64,000 bases of DNA from NCBI RefSeq assembly GCF_004010195.1, contig NC_057755.1:10263989-10327988 (forward strand). Reading direction: 5' to 3'. Every line of letters starts with the position of its first letter. The stretch's first letter is position 1. Both the position numbers and the translations under genes were made by a program. The notes beneath the pieces were generated by a model that was given only the letters and a program-made list of their open reading frames with translations, ran no database searches and was not told the origin of the DNA. Below, one piece after another: positions 25,850 to 39,859 of this stretch. Origin of the DNA: Chiloscyllium plagiosum. Its lineage: Eukaryota.

Positions 25850-27520
25850 TATCCTCGATTCCTCTGACTCTTTCCTCCAAGAATAGAATTTCCCGTTTTC
25901 AGGCTCTTTACCATGGACACGCAATCCCCTTTACACAACATTCCCCACCAGGATGGTCTCCGTGTTATCCTCTTCTGGCTGGTGCAAAGGCCTGAACAGT
26001 CCTAACCCCCACCACCTTCTTCCACTTGGCCAAGCTCGTCCTCACTCTCATCAACTTCTTTTTTAGCGCCTCACATTTTCTTCAGCTCAGAGGGGTGGCC
26101 ATGTGGACTCCATTTGGCCACAGTTATGCTGTTCCCTTCTTTCTCTGATATGTCGATAATATTATGGGTGCTGCTTCCCTCTCTGACTGGAATTGGAAAT
26201 ATTCATGGATTTCACTTCCAACTTCCAACCTGCCCTCAGTTTCACATGGACTATCCATGACTACCCATTCCCTTCTTCAACAACTTTGTTTCCATTTCTG
26301 GGGATCGACTGGCCACTAATGTCCATTATAAACCCACCGACTCTCACAGATCCCTGGACTGTACACCTTCGCACGCTACTTCCTGTAAATTTTCCACTCC
26401 ATTCACCCAGTTCCTGCCGCTCCGTTCCATATGTTCTGATGAAACCAAATTCAACTAGGAATGTCTCTGAAACGTCCACATTCTTCCTCAAACGTGGATT
26501 CCCCAGCATTGTTGTTGACGTAACTGGGTCCGACTCATCTCCAATTCTTCAGCCCTTACCCCTTTTCTTCCAGCGTTCCCCTTGTCCTTACTTTAACATC
26601 CCACCAGCATTCACATCAAGAAGATTATTAGCTGCCATTTCTGCCAACTCCAGCAAGATGACACCTCCAGACACATATTCCCTCCCCTCCCTGGTCCAGC
26701 TTTACTGGAACAATTCCCCTGGGACACCTTGGTGTACTCTTCCTTCACTCCTAACACCCCTCCACAACCCCATCGTACCTTCCACCGCACATTTAAATGC
26801 ACCTTCCTCAGGATCCAAAGGCCCAAACATACCTTTCAGTTGAATCAGCACGTTATCTGCACTTTCCACAATCTAGTCCACTGCATTCGGTGCTCACAAT
26901 GTGGCCTCTTCTTCTTTTGGCAAAATGAAGCATGGACTGTATGACCACTTTACAGAACACCTACGTTCTGCCCCCAAAATAGACCTTAAATGTCCTGTTG
27001 CTGTCACTTTAATACACCACTCTGTTCCCTGGCAAATATTGCGGTCTCGGGATTGCTGCAGTGCTCCAGAAAAGCTCAACGCAAGCTGGATTAACAAAAC
27101 CTCATTTTCACCTTGCGGACCCTGCTGCCCTCGTACTACATATCGAGTTAAGTAATTTTAGGGCCTGAACTCTTCCACGTCCTAGCTTCCTATCCCACGC
27201 CAGTCCTTGTTATCACATAGTCTACATTACACAAGACCTATTATTAGCGACTAATCGTCTTCATTCACAGCTATTCGCCATCACAGACAAATCGTTACCC
27301 ACTTCTTTATCTATCCAACTGTTCTTCTCTCTCTTTGTGCTTTATCCCTGCCAATCATTTACTTCTTACCTCCCTTCCCATTCCATCTTCTACATATAAA
27401 CCAACATTTTCTAGCTACCATCAGTTCTGAGGAAAGGTCAAGGAACTAAGACATTAACTCTGATTCCTCTTAACAGATGCCACCAGACCTACTGAGCTTT
27501 TCTTACAACTTTATGTTTGT
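25850..27520 (+). mobile_element. Penelope-like element (RT plus GIY-YIG plus terminus), degenerate
   Basis: HFLQLRGVAM, YVDNIMG, SNFQPALSFTWT, YKPTDSH, NLVHCIRCSQCGL. Terminus 'tctgaggaaaggtc...ttaactctg...cagatgccaccagacctactgag'. Confidence 0.85.
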
Positions 27521-27904
27521 ACATTGTGTAACTTCCTTATTGTACCACAGTTTGTTTATTCCTCTGTTAGAATCTTTCCACTTTAATGGAATGCATTTTT
27601 GAAGAAAATCAGAATTACCTCCTTAAATATTTCCCATTGCTTGCTTCATATCCGCCCAGTTCACTGGAGATACCGCTATGCTCCTTTCATTATAATTTCC
27701 TTTATTTGAGTTAAACATTATTGTTTCCAAACCAAGATTCCTACTGTTCAAGTTAATATTAAATTATGTCATGTTGTGACCATTTCTTCCTTGGAGATCT
27801 TTTCCTCTAAGGATGTTTTTTTTACCTGTCTCATTTCCTGTTACCAAGTATAAGATAGCTGTCTCCCTTGCTGGCTCCATGGCATATTGCTCGAGGAAAT
27901 GTTA

Positions 27905-29480
27905 TTTTATTATTCATATATGGGATGTAGGAGTCACCGGCTAGGCCAGCATTTATTGTCCAAATTAAGAGTCATAGAAAAGTACAGCACAGAAACTGAC
28001 CGGTTGGTCCATCTCATCCATGCTGAATAGATACCCTAAATGAATCTCGTCCCATTTGCCCGTACTTGGCTCATATCACTTTAAAACCGTCGTATTCCAC
28101 TGCCCACCCATTGCAAATATACCAGCCTCTACCATTTCCTTTGCCATCACATTTCATGCATGCACTTTCTGCGTGAAAACGTTGGCCCGTTAGGTGCCTT
28201 TTAAATCTCATCCCCCCACTCACGCAAAACTTATGCCCTGCCGTTTTGACTTGCCCATCACACGGAAAAGACCTTGTCTATTTACTCTCTCAATGTCCTG
28301 CATGTTTTATACTCTATAAGGTTAGTCCTGAGCCTCAGCCGCATTGTTGTTGGTCTGGAGTCACATGTACACCAGACTAGGTATGGAAAGCAGATTTCCT
28401 TCTCTAAAGGACATTAGTGAACTAGATGGGTTTTTCTTTCCCAATCAGTAATTGTCATCATTAGACTCCTATTTGACGACTATTGTTAAATTCAAGCTCC
28501 AACACATACAGTAGCAGAATTCGAAAACCAGCTTCCCAGAATATAACCATGTCCCTGGATTAATCATCTCATGGTAAACTAATAGGCAATTATCTGCCCT
28601 GAATGCACGATCCCCAATGCTGACAATGGTGACTGATATATTCGTGAAACGATGCTTGGACAGGAAAGTATATATATGGTGAAAAGGAGTAGGTCGACAG
28701 TATGGGATAAATGAATTGAGAATAGGAGATGTAATAACTTAAAATTAAAGTAGGTGAATTAATAAAATGGAAAACATTGAAAGTAAGAACGTCTTCATAA
28801 TCACTTGCTCTTTTGCAAATCCAATCTTTTTTCAATGCAAACCCTGGATCTGCCAAAACATCCTGCAACACAGAACACCACAGTCTTACACTGTTGATGT
28901 ATATTCCTTCTTGTATTCTTCTTGCCAAAATTAATAACTTCATATTTTCCCACACTTTGTTTCATTTCTTCAAATCTTTGGCAACTAGTTAACCTATTTA
29001 TGTGGCATTCTTATCTCCTCTCCATCAGTTCCATTCTACCCTGTCTTGGTGTCATCAGCAAATTTAACAAAAGCAATTTGAGGTCCTTTCCTTCATGTCT
29101 CACACATAAGTTATAAACAACTGTTTCCTTGCTGTACATCTCACTGACTCTACAACTGAGTAGCAAGCATCATTATCAGTAGCTAACCTCTCATCACCTA
29201 CCATGAATTAATGACCATTTCTGATTATTGTCTCTTGCCTGTTAACTGCCCAATTTTCAAAGTATATTAATGTTAAACTGGCACTATAATCATTTACTTT
29301 CTGCAAGAATCTTCATGTGACATGCAATCAAATAGCTTCCAGACATCTAAGCACATCCATTAGTTTCCAACAAACTATTTCACATTACTTTGTCATAAAA
29401 TTCCAATGAATTATCTGAAAAAAATCTTTTCACAAAGCAGTTTTGATTCTTCCCAGATATCTCTCCATTTTGTATCATAA
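27905..29480 (-). mobile_element. Mosaic of old LINE fragments (L2-like tail, CR1 tail at 27970-28330, CR1 RT remnants)
   Basis: Reverse-complement matches to the tails at 3420-3450 and 24895-25260; MWENMKLLILARR region and 'gtgtcatcagcaaattt' (KFADDT). Confidence 0.6.
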
Positions 29481-30594
29481 ACTCACATCTTTGAAATAAA
29501 CTGTAATAACATGTTCTCTCTCAGTGATGGTAAATTCACTGAAGAGCCTGTTCTGCGCTGGTTACATTCTACTGCTGAATTCAGTTTCCAATTGTACAAT
29601 ATAATGAATTTTATAATACCAAAACCATTTTTTTGCGCAAATCACGAGTCATTTGTGAAAAAAAAAAGATGCCTGGATTGTAAACCATATTTTCAAACCG
29701 CTCAGTCACATATCCTTGATGATTTCATTTTTGTTTTGTTCTCTTGAATCCTCATTTCCTGTAATTCCTGAGGTGCAGCTATTTTCAGAATCTTCTGTGC
29801 TGTGAAGACCAATACAAACTTGAATTAATTTACTGTCTGTCTTTTGTTTAGCATGAATAAGCTCACAAATTAACTTTTTAGAGGAGCAGATTGAAAATGG
29901 AGACATGTATACTTTGTATTATCAGAAAGAAGCAGGCAATTTTCATGCAGTGTGCTGATATTTGAAAATTATTCAATTTATTTTTTCTGCAAAGTTAGTG
30001 ATTTTACATTTGTAATGTCTGTTCTATCTGGAAATATGCGAACATTTTATTTAAACATTCCTTGATTGTAAAAGATGGAATTGGAATTAATTTATTTTCT
30101 TGTTATCTCGTTTACAAGAAAGTTCTAGCATCTCCTGAACCTTAAGTCATCCTGCCTATGCCAAAATCCTGAAGTGACCAGAACATACAAATGTCCTTTT
30201 GTGTCTGGCATTTGCAGCTCGTATTCTGCATTGTACATTAATGTGTAATTTCATTGGCCTGGAAGAGAGATAAATCAGTAAAAGGAGGAGAACTGATTTT
30301 GTCCAATGTGTTCAATGACATCCAACATTAGGACTACCTGAAATAAACGTCAAATCTAAATTTTGAGAAATTTCTGTATTGAGGATGAAATTGTCAATAA
30401 TTTGTTGATGCTCCAGTTTCACGCTCAAAATTGTTGTAGCATTCAGTTTGATTGTCATCTGTGTGCACAGCACAGTCAGTAAATTGAACTCCTGTGTGTG
30501 TTGCCTTATTTGTTAGACGAATTTTACTGACAGTGCATCCCAACGCCTACACCGGCATAGAACCGCCAAACCTGAAATCAAACATCAGCCAGAA

Positions 30595-30690
30595 GCAAAA
30601 TGTGAAATTGCTGCAGAAACTCAGCACATCTGGCAACATCTTCGGAAAAAGCAGAGTTAACATTTCGTGTCCAATGACCCTTCTTCAGAA
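30595..30690 (-). mobile_element. Short PLE-derived element with hammerhead-like core
   Basis: Reverse complement: TTCTGAAGA-A-GGGTC-ATTG-GACAC-GAAA-TGTT; relatives at ~19845-19940, 27425 and 59040. Confidence 0.7.
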
Positions 30691-31679
30691 TGCAGCTAAA
30701 TGCTCCTGACTTCGTGTTTCTTGGTGCAGATTTATATCCACACATCAGTTTGCATCTTAGGTTGAAAAGTCGTTTTTAGTTTGAATTTCCCACAGTTCAT
30801 CGGGCAAACATTTCAATAGCACAGTTTCTTTATGTCAATCATTTTTTCCCCCTTCTGTTTCTGTCAGTCAGTTTTGCCATTATCGTTCTCGATAATGGTT
30901 CAAGACAACATAAAATACAGTCTGCAAATCATTACTGTTGAAACATTTTGCAACCTGGAGGTTGCAATACTCTGAACGCACGTAGAAACACGTTTCAGTG
31001 CCTATTCAGCAGATAACTTAGAACTACGGATAGGACGTCACCATAGACCTTATAAGGGAGCAAGGGATTTATGAGTAAATGTTTGCTTAAGTTATACAGT
31101 ATTGGTAGTAGGACAGTGAAATATTACCTTTATAACTTGATTGATGAAGAATACATCAAGCCAGGAGAATTCCATCTGAAAGGAACAGAACAGGCAATGG
31201 GAAGATTTATTTGATCAGCGGTGTTTTAATACATAGAGAGGGCAAGGATTAAATGGGTCAACTGGTTAAATGGTTGGAATTATTTAAACATAAAGCGACA
31301 ATCTCCAGGCTTTCTCCACTGTCAGGATCTGACTGACTAAGGGTGGCACTTGTTTTTGGATTCTCTCACCGAATATTCCCAACTATTCGACTTACCTCTC
31401 CTGCTGAAATGACAACGTAAAATGAAAACTCACCAAAGTCTGGTCCTGGCAATCTTTCTCCGGCCTCAGAGACCTGTGCGTACCCCGGAGATACCGTCAA
31501 TGGTAGGGATTGTACTTACACGTTTATGCAGCCCGGACAGAATATTTGTTCAAACGCGAACAAGACACAAAGCAACCAACAACTTATGGAATCATGCAGT
31601 GAGCAAGGTTCAGTCAGATATAGAAGGATTACTATGACAGTCCTGGAGGCAGAGAAGACATGAGCATGGTAAAGCATAA

Positions 31680-32830
31680 AGGAAGTCCAAGAAGCAAATT
31701 TCTATCCATTTTAATGCAATGAGCTTTGGTGGTAAGGCAGAAGAACTTAGAGCATTGATGAGCACATCAGAATCATGGTTGGATGAAGGACAGGTCCAGC
31801 AGCTCAACATTCCAGGGTGTAGAAATTTCAGTTGTGATGGGGCAGGAGGAAGTAGTAGAGTGGTGGGGGATGGCAGAGCATTTTTGATAATGGAGACTAT
31901 CACTGCTGTGAAGGGGAGGATGCACCAAAAGGCTTTTTGAATGGGGCCATCTGGGTAGAACCTGGAAATAAAATGCGGCAATTACTTTGCTGGAATTTTA
32001 CCACAGGCTCCCAACAGTCAGAAGGAGATTGCGGAGCAGATACAGAGGCAAATTGCAGAAAGGTGAGAGAGAAACTGACTTGTGGTTGCAGGGGATTTTA
32101 ACCATGCTAACTGGGATCACCTAAGTGTGAAATTATCAGAATGCATCCAGTAATGCATTGTGCACGAGAGGATAGATAATCGTACTAGCGATGGTCCAAC
32201 GTACAACCGGATCTAGGAAATGAAGGCAGTCAAACGGTTCGAGTTCATTGAGTGAGCTTTGGGGAGGTAGCGACCTTAACTTTGTGAGTTTCATAGTCAT
32301 CGGAAAGAAACTTCAATAGAAAACAGGACCTGGCAACCATTGACTGGGATAAGTTTACTTTTTAATTGTGGGAGCCTTTTAAAAGTAATATAGCGAGAGT
32401 ACAGGAGGGCAAGAGTAGCAGTTCGGGTGATCCCTACATGACAAGGGATTTTGATAAAGACAGTTTGAAGAAGCAAAACAGTGGAGGTCCTTCAACACTA
32501 TATCAAGTACTCGGTTGCTTTAAAAAACTCAGAAGGGCAATGAAGGGCTATAAAATATCTTTGGCAGGTAGGATTAATGTAAACCCCCAAGACGTTTTCT
32601 AAGTATATTAAGAGCAAAAGGTTCAGCAGGGAAAAAGTGGTACCTCTTAGAGAACAAATGGAAAATTAGTGCATGGAGTCTGAGGACATGGGGTGGAAGG
32701 GGGTTAATTGAAGAGTGCTCATTTATATTCACAGAAGAGAAAGAAATTTTGCTGGGCATTTCAACTGGGATGGTGAGCTTCTGAAACACGTTAAGTACAA
32801 GAAAGAAGAGATATTAGATGTTTCAATAGA
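31680..32830 (+). mobile_element. CR1 LINE endonuclease-region remnant
   Basis: FNAMSFGGKAEELRAL..ESWLDEGQVQQLNIPG, VVAGDFN, and GRINVNP. Confidence 0.8.
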
Positions 32831-33539
32831 CCTAGGAAATCAGTTATATCCCATCTTGGCTGCATATTTAAAGCACAATTTTAGCTTGAATAGATGGTTA
32901 CATTTTGTTATATTCCATTGCGATAGATTGCTCTCCTTTGCTGTATCAATGGGTTCCCATAGATAACACTGCTATCGTTCTCCACACAAATTACATCGGT
33001 TTCTGTGTAAAATTTCACAAGACCTTTTGTGTGTTATCTCTATCAAGTCACCTTGGATTTACTGCTTTCTTGAATTTGCCTAATCATTCGAGCCTATAGC
33101 TTGAATTCAAACAGCAGGCTGTGAAGTGACTGTTTCAGCTAAAATTTGCCCCAGCCATTTTATATGAACAGAGGACTACCTTGAATCATGGGCAGCTTTA
33201 ACAGGCATTTGTAAAATCAAGAATTCATGGTATAGTGTTCTAAAACCAGAAAACAAAAGACTGGTTGAGAGAGGAAATCTTGTACTTAATAAAGGATTAC
33301 AATCATGCCCGCCTACTTGACAAGCATGAAATGGTTAACATATCCAACATAGTGAGGGAATACGTTGAAAGTCCTCAAGACATTGTCACTTACTCTTGAG
33401 AGAAACTGGCTCTGAAACAGTGACAAGTGTTAAAAATATTGATACCAGCTAATTTAGGCACATTAAGAAAAAGGAGGAAAGTCTGGCATCGGACAACTCA
33501 GAAATGAGGAATAAGACAACTGAGTAAGAAGTATTGTAA

Positions 33540-34250
33540 AGGTGAATGCAGATAATGGGACAGCTAGAGAATTGTAAGTCCATGCAGTGGCCGATGGAAT
33601 GATGTGTGAGCAAGTCTGAGATTATGCACTTTGGTAGGAAATGTAAAGGTGTAAACTGTTCTCTATAGAGGAAAAAGGCTTCAGAAATCTACAGCTGAAA
33701 TGGTATGAGAAATCTTCATTCAGAATGCTGTTAAGATTAAGATTCCAGTTCATGTGGTCGTTATGAAGGTAAATGTAATCTTAGCATTCATTGGGCAATA
33801 TGCAACAGCAGGGATGCTGAAACTGCATAAGCTCGATTGTATATATGACCCACTTTGGGGCCCATATTTAAAGAAGGAATTGCTAATATTGGAGAGGGAT
33901 CAGAGGATGTTCACAAGAATGGTTCTGGGAATAAAGGACTTGTTATGTGAGGAGAAATGGAAGTCTCTGTGTCCGTATTTGGAGTTTAGAAGTGTGATGT
34001 GCCATCTGATTGAAACTTACTGAATACTGAGAAGCCTGGCAGGAGTGGCTGTCGAGAAGATGTTTACACAAGGGGAGACTAGGACGCAAGGGCAAAGCCT
34101 TAGATTGAAGGGATGACCCTTTAGAAATGAGTTGAGAAGGAATTTCTTCAGCCAGATGATGGTGAAGCTGAGGGCTGTGGAGACTAAATCATTCAGTGTA
34201 TTTAAAACAGAGGTCGATAGGTTCTTGATTAGCATGGGGATCAAGCATTT
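33540..34250 (+). mobile_element. CR1 LINE 3' fragment
   Basis: KSEIMHFGRK and LERDQRMFTRMVLGIKDLLCEE. Confidence 0.8.
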
Positions 34251-34689
34251 TGGATTTAGATTTCATTGTCATGTGTAGTCAAGTACAGGAGTACAATGCA
34301 AAGTTTAGAATGTCATCACACACAGTGCCATTTTAGTTTCAAGTACCTAGTTATAAAATCTTACAAACAAGGTAAAAGAAAGTTCAATGTTAAAGTCATT
34401 CTTAGTCCAATATTTAAAAAAAATTACAACTCATGCTGGTATTAAGTAGAAAAATAAATAATAAGTCAATTAAACATTAGTCATTTAAAATGATTATCCA
34501 CGTTAGGATTTCACTTCCTATTCGGATTCAATCTCCTCTGCTCTGGTATGTTTACTCTGCACACTCCAATCTAATAGTTCTGTTTCAAGGTCACCAGGAA
34601 CCCCATACCAGGCCTACTACTCCATCTCCGAAGCAGAGCAATTCTTTCAGGGATGAATAGGAAGTCTACCTCAGTGGGGAGATTGTCCA

Positions 34690-35570
34690 ACAGTGTGCCC
34701 ACACCACATGGAGGCAGGAAGTCTCACAGTGACGAGACCGTGGGCAAATGGACATTGCGTAGTTCTATAAACTCTTAAAATGGGTGCGAAATTTGCCAGT
34801 ATTAACACGCTTGGTGTTGAATCTACTGCACGATATGTTTCACATTAGCGTACCTGGCCAATATCAAAGCGGACCTCCTGTTTCTGCAGAAGTGCGAGAT
34901 ACTGCACCTCAGCAGTTACCAGAAATGATCCCAGAGGATTTTGAACTGGTCAAGGGAAAACAATTGCCATTCCTCTGGCCTAGTTATTCTGTGGCAAGGA
35001 GGTAACTTCACCATCTCCGAATTTCATGTGGCGGGAGGCGGGAGCTTATTCGTAGCATATGCCATATACAGATTTGCTCCCCGGGACTAATCATGTGCGC
35101 ATCCCAGTGGCAAAGAGTAAGCAGTTGGCTGTCCTGCCACAGCTGCCACTGATGTTGGCAACGTCCAGGCCGGTCATCCTGGTTGCAGACTTTAACTGCA
35201 TCATTGACACAGATGGATAATCCAGAGAGGCTGACAGCAAACTAGACTCCACATCCAATTCCTGATGGAAACAGTTAAAGTTGCAAACACTCCTCAATGT
35301 TTTCTGCACCCCTGCAGATGGAGCACAGGGTACATCCACCTGGTCGCGGCCAGACCGGTCTATCCGCTCGAGGATTGATTTCCTGTCTGCATTCTGCACT
35401 TTGTCAGTCAGATCCACTGACGTCAAGCTCGTCTTCTTCAGTGGCGACTGCCTCCTGCTCGCCACCTGTCACCCATCAGGCTGGCAAGGGAACGCGGAAG
35501 CTGAACGTGAAATTGTTGACTCAAGTAAGCACTGAGGAGTTCAAAACAGATTACACATGTTAAAGAACCA
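34690..35570 (+). mobile_element. Tx1/L1-clade LINE endonuclease fragment
   Basis: PVILVADFNCIID, TWSRPDRSIRSRIDFL, and GKGTRKLNVKLL (cf. WKLN motif). Confidence 0.8.
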
Positions 35571-35734
35571 TGACGTTCCTCTGTATGCACTAAAACGTAG
35601 TCATGATGAAATGGCAGAATAGATTTCTATATGCTGCAGAATATGATGAAATTTAACACAGATATACTTAAACTGAAATCCAAAGGAACATACAAATGGA
35701 AGCAACTGGGGCAAATCACCTGGAAGAAAGTGAG

Positions 35735-37695
35735 GATTGCAGATGCAAGCGATGAGAATCGAAAAGTGTGTTGCTGGAAAAGCACAGCAGGTGAGGAATA
35801 GAGAGAAGATGTTTCGGACATAACCCCTTCATCAGAAAATTATGGAGTGCAGAAAGATAAATAGGAGGGATGTTGGTCTGAGTGGAAGGTAGCTTGGAAG
35901 GTGATAGGTAGATGCAGGTCGGACTGATGGTGATAGGTTGGAGTGGAGTGTGGAGTGGATAGGTGGGAAGGAAGATGGACAGTTCAAGGAGCTAGGGCCA
36001 ATTTGGAGTGTTAGATCTGGGATGAGGTGAAGGAGGGGAGATGAAGAAACTGGTAAAATTAACATTGCTGCCATATGATTGGAGTGTCCCATGGTGGAAG
36101 ATGAGGTGTTGTTCCTCCCGGCATCGGCTGGCGAGGATTTGGCAGTGGAGGTGGCCCAGGATTTGCAAGTCGTTGGTGGAGTAGCAGGGGGAGTTGAACC
36201 CATGACATCGCGAACATCACACAGAACTTCACTTCCATCCCCACAAATGCAACTGAATGCATCGCTTCCACACAATGATCCCCATCGTGTGTGTCACTTC
36301 TTTTTGTGACGTCACCCACGATATCACAACTACACCTAATCCAGAAAAAGTCTCCTCTCCCAACTTCAACTGTACACCAGCTCCTAGCTCTCAGCCTGCC
36401 GTGTTTTAACCATCCCCCCAGATCTCTCCCTCACGGAGGATGAGCGATCAGTCCTCAGTAAAAGTCTCACCTTCATTCCACTATGCTCCTAGGTCACGAA
36501 ATTCTACGTGTTGCAACATTAATTTTTTCACCTGCCTCCATTCTTATGGTTTTCATCTGCACTACCGCCCACCTTCCACTGACCCCTTCTCCAGCCTCCA
36601 ACACACTCCTTCCACTTTGCCACCTCGTGCTGGTCTGTTAACCACCTTCAATCTTTTCATTTCCAACTGCCACCATGACATTGACCACCTCAATCTTTCC
36701 ACTCCTCTCATCCAATCCAACTCTGCACCCTCGCAACACACAGCCTTCCGCTCCCTCCATTGTAACCTCCCCAAACTGTACACCGCTGAAATCAAAGGCC
36801 CACTCACGGACACTTCCTGCCACTACCCTCTTGACTATAAACTCACCTCCCATCACCAATCCACCATTTCCCACTATCCACAACCAATCCACCATTTCCC
36901 ACTATCCACAACCATTACCTCAGGAGATCTCACATCCACAGCTTTCAATCTCATTGTCCGGGAAACTCGCACCACACAGTTCTACGTCCTACCCAAACTT
37001 CACAAACCTTATTTCTGTGGTCCACAGACCATCTCTGCCTGCTTAACCAAACATATTTCCTCGTAGCTTGACACCATCCTGTCCCCCTATGTCCAGGAAC
37101 TCAGTACATATCTTCAAGACACCACTCATGCACTCCACATCCTTGAATTCTGTTTCCCGGCACCCCACGCATCATCTTCACCATTGACATGCAGTCCCAG
37201 TACACATCCATCTGCCATAATGAAGGTCTCCAAGCCATCTGCTTCTTCCTTTCCCGCTGTATCCCTCCACAGACAGACTCGTTCTATTGGCTGAACTGAT
37301 CCTCACCATCAAAACTTCACCTTCGAACCTTCCCACTTCCTTCATACCACAGGCTAGCCATGGGCACCCGCATGGAACCCTGCTATGCCTGCCTCTTCAA
37401 CTGATGCATGGAACATCCCATCTTCCGCAATTACACTGTCACTATTGCCCATCTTTTCCTCTGCTACATCGATTATATAACGATGCTACCTCCTGCTCCA
37501 GCGGGGAGGTTGAAAAGTTCATCAACATCACGAACACCTTCCACCCTGACCTCAAGTTCCCATGGACCATCTACACCTTCCCTGGCCGCCGCAAGATGTG
37601 AAAACCTGCGCCCACACCTCCCCCTCACCTCCGTTAAAGGCCTCAAAGGATCTTTTCACTCCCGACAGAGATTTTACTGATCATTCAAACACCTC
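35735..37695. mobile_element. Penelope-like element: inverted 3' segment (35735-~36220, minus) joined to a plus-strand RT body (~36230-37695)
   Basis: Minus part carries 'gatgtttcggacataaccccttcatcag' (hammerhead core reverse complement). Plus part has IPPDLSLTEDERSVLSK, FYVLPKLHKP, FTIDMQSQYTSI, AMGTRM, CYIDY. Confidence 0.85.
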
Positions 37696-37696
37696 A

Positions 37697-38150
37697 GGCG
37701 TAGGCTGCCCCTGGTGGTGAGGTAAATACGTCTTCACTTGCACTGCAACCCCAGTGCACCTTGTCGATGATTTGCCAAAACTAAAATGCAAAGAGAAATA
37801 GAATGTTCTTTAACTCGATCATGAAAGTTAATGTTGTTGTAAAGGTGACTGCAGTTTTCTGGGTGGAATGGCTTGTTCTAAACGTTTCACAGTTGATAAT
37901 TTTAATCCTGTCAAATGTGAAGCTGATAGTGAACAAAATGGACAAATCGATGGTGATGGTGTTTAGCTTGCACAGAGGAGTGGGGGCTAATAATGAAAAT
38001 GGTAGAAGTAAAGCTGAAAATGTGATGTAACATCACATTCATAAACATCACCAAATAGATCTGCTGTTGCCATGGCCACCATGTAGACAGAGACACACTT
38101 GGAAAAGCCACAGTTTCCTTTGAAAAGAATCCCAATTATCATCAGGTTTG
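37697..38150 (-). pseudogene. GPR139-like GPCR pseudogene, exon 2 (TM1-ECL2), 3'-truncated
   Basis: Acceptor tttgtttctccag|CA (phase 1), then NLMIIGILFKGNCGFSKCVSVYMVAMATADL. After frameshifts: PTPLCKLNTITIDLSILFTISFTFDR...TQKTAV...KNILFLFAF*FWQIIDKVHWGC...FTSPPGAAYA. Homology ends at the PLE. Confidence 0.9.
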
Positions 38151-39859
38151 CTGGAGAAACAAAGAAAGAAAAGCACAATTGCTCAAATATCTGTTTAAAA
38201 AAATCTATCAATTGACATTTAGCAGATGCATGAGTTCAAAATGTTCACCAGGAACACCAAAGGCAGTGAGAATCAGGCAATAAATTGTTTTTTTTAATCA
38301 ACAGAATAACTGGCTGTCCCATTTTTTTAAGAAGAAGTTAATTCTATTTTAGCTCTAATACTCTGGTTGATGAAGAAACCTGTTTTTATAGATTCTTCAA
38401 TCCTACAAGTCAATCAATTAAAGTTACACCTGGTGATAACTACGATTATGCAACACATGAATTTAGGTAGGTTGTTATGGTTGATACACCCGGCTGTGGA
38501 AGACAGAGTTTATTCAGCAAATTACAGTCCCCGTGCTGCTGCTAAACCTGTTCTTAAAGGACAGCTAACAGCAGCTACACAGCGGCTTATCATTACAACC
38601 TGGAGACCCTACATTCCAAGTGAGGTGATAGTTTCAGACCAGGCAGTGAAGTAAATCCGACCAAATCTGTGAATAACCCGATACTACAATACAAATAATG
38701 AGTGATGTACTCTGATTAATTATATGCTTCACTTAGACTTGAGCTGACCATGTCCGCTTCTCAATAACTTACACTTACAATAGGGGTCAGCATAACTCTC
38801 CAGAACATGTGGCATTCAAACTCACATCAGATCTAAGCACGTAGGTATTGTCCCACTGCTGCTATAAATCACATCTGACCATGCTCATCCCATTGTGCTA
38901 GAGCTATACAAATAATGAACGTAACCATTGTCTAGTGCTCATGATATCCTATGCTATCAGATGTGACTGCACTTCTCAGATATGAGGAATGTGATGCATT
39001 ACCATGAGATCGTAGTAATATTACCACCTTATTTATGCTGGTGCCTTGATATGACACCAGATAAAACCGTGCTGGTCTGTTTCTAGTGCCCTGCTATAGA
39101 TATCTGGGTGTGATTCTTTGGTAATGGTTGGTAACACATGAATGAACAAAGGTATTCTGATAGAGCCCGTATTGCTACATGTATGTGAGGCATCCCAGTG
39201 CTTTCTTGATATAATACTTGCCATAAATTTACACTTAAGCTTTGCGTGGTTATCCATGGACTGTCTCATTAATCACTTGCACTGGAGCTGACTGTGTTCC
39301 TGCGGCACAAAGTTATCCCAAACACGTGGATCCCAAGCCGACTATCACAAGGGTTGAGGGTGTTCCTTCGGTCCTCCTTGGGTTTATAAATAGTGGCATC
39401 GAGTATGAAAGCAAGCAAGTGACGTGTCGTTCTGTCAGTACTTTTGTTTATTGTTGTTCGTTTTTTAAGTCGATGCCTTTCACATCTCTTAGACATGCCT
39501 TAGGTTCTGGGAAACTACACTGTAATGTTGATGCTTCTAAGAAAGCAGCAGAAATTGCCCTCATGCTTTCGTTTCACACATCATGCTGCTTTGTGGTAAG
39601 TAATTGCAAAGTGAAGTGATCAATAAAATATTATTACAAAATACAGATGAGGCATAATTATTCGAATCAAACAAAACAACCCGGCAAATGCTGACCTTTG
39701 AAAATACCATCCAGTTCGCCCTTCTACCTGGAAATACATCCAATTCATTTCTGGAGTTGGAACTTACTTTAAAATTCTTGTCCTTGAAACAAAATTGGAG
39801 TAATAGATTTAATTTAATTAGAATTAAATTGTCACAGCCAGATCACACTTTAGTTCTTC

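Noticed and set aside
33394..33411. Possible 18-nt minus-strand micro-exon (tttcag|...|gtaagt)
   Set aside because: Good splice signals but no neighbouring exons or homology; could be chance.
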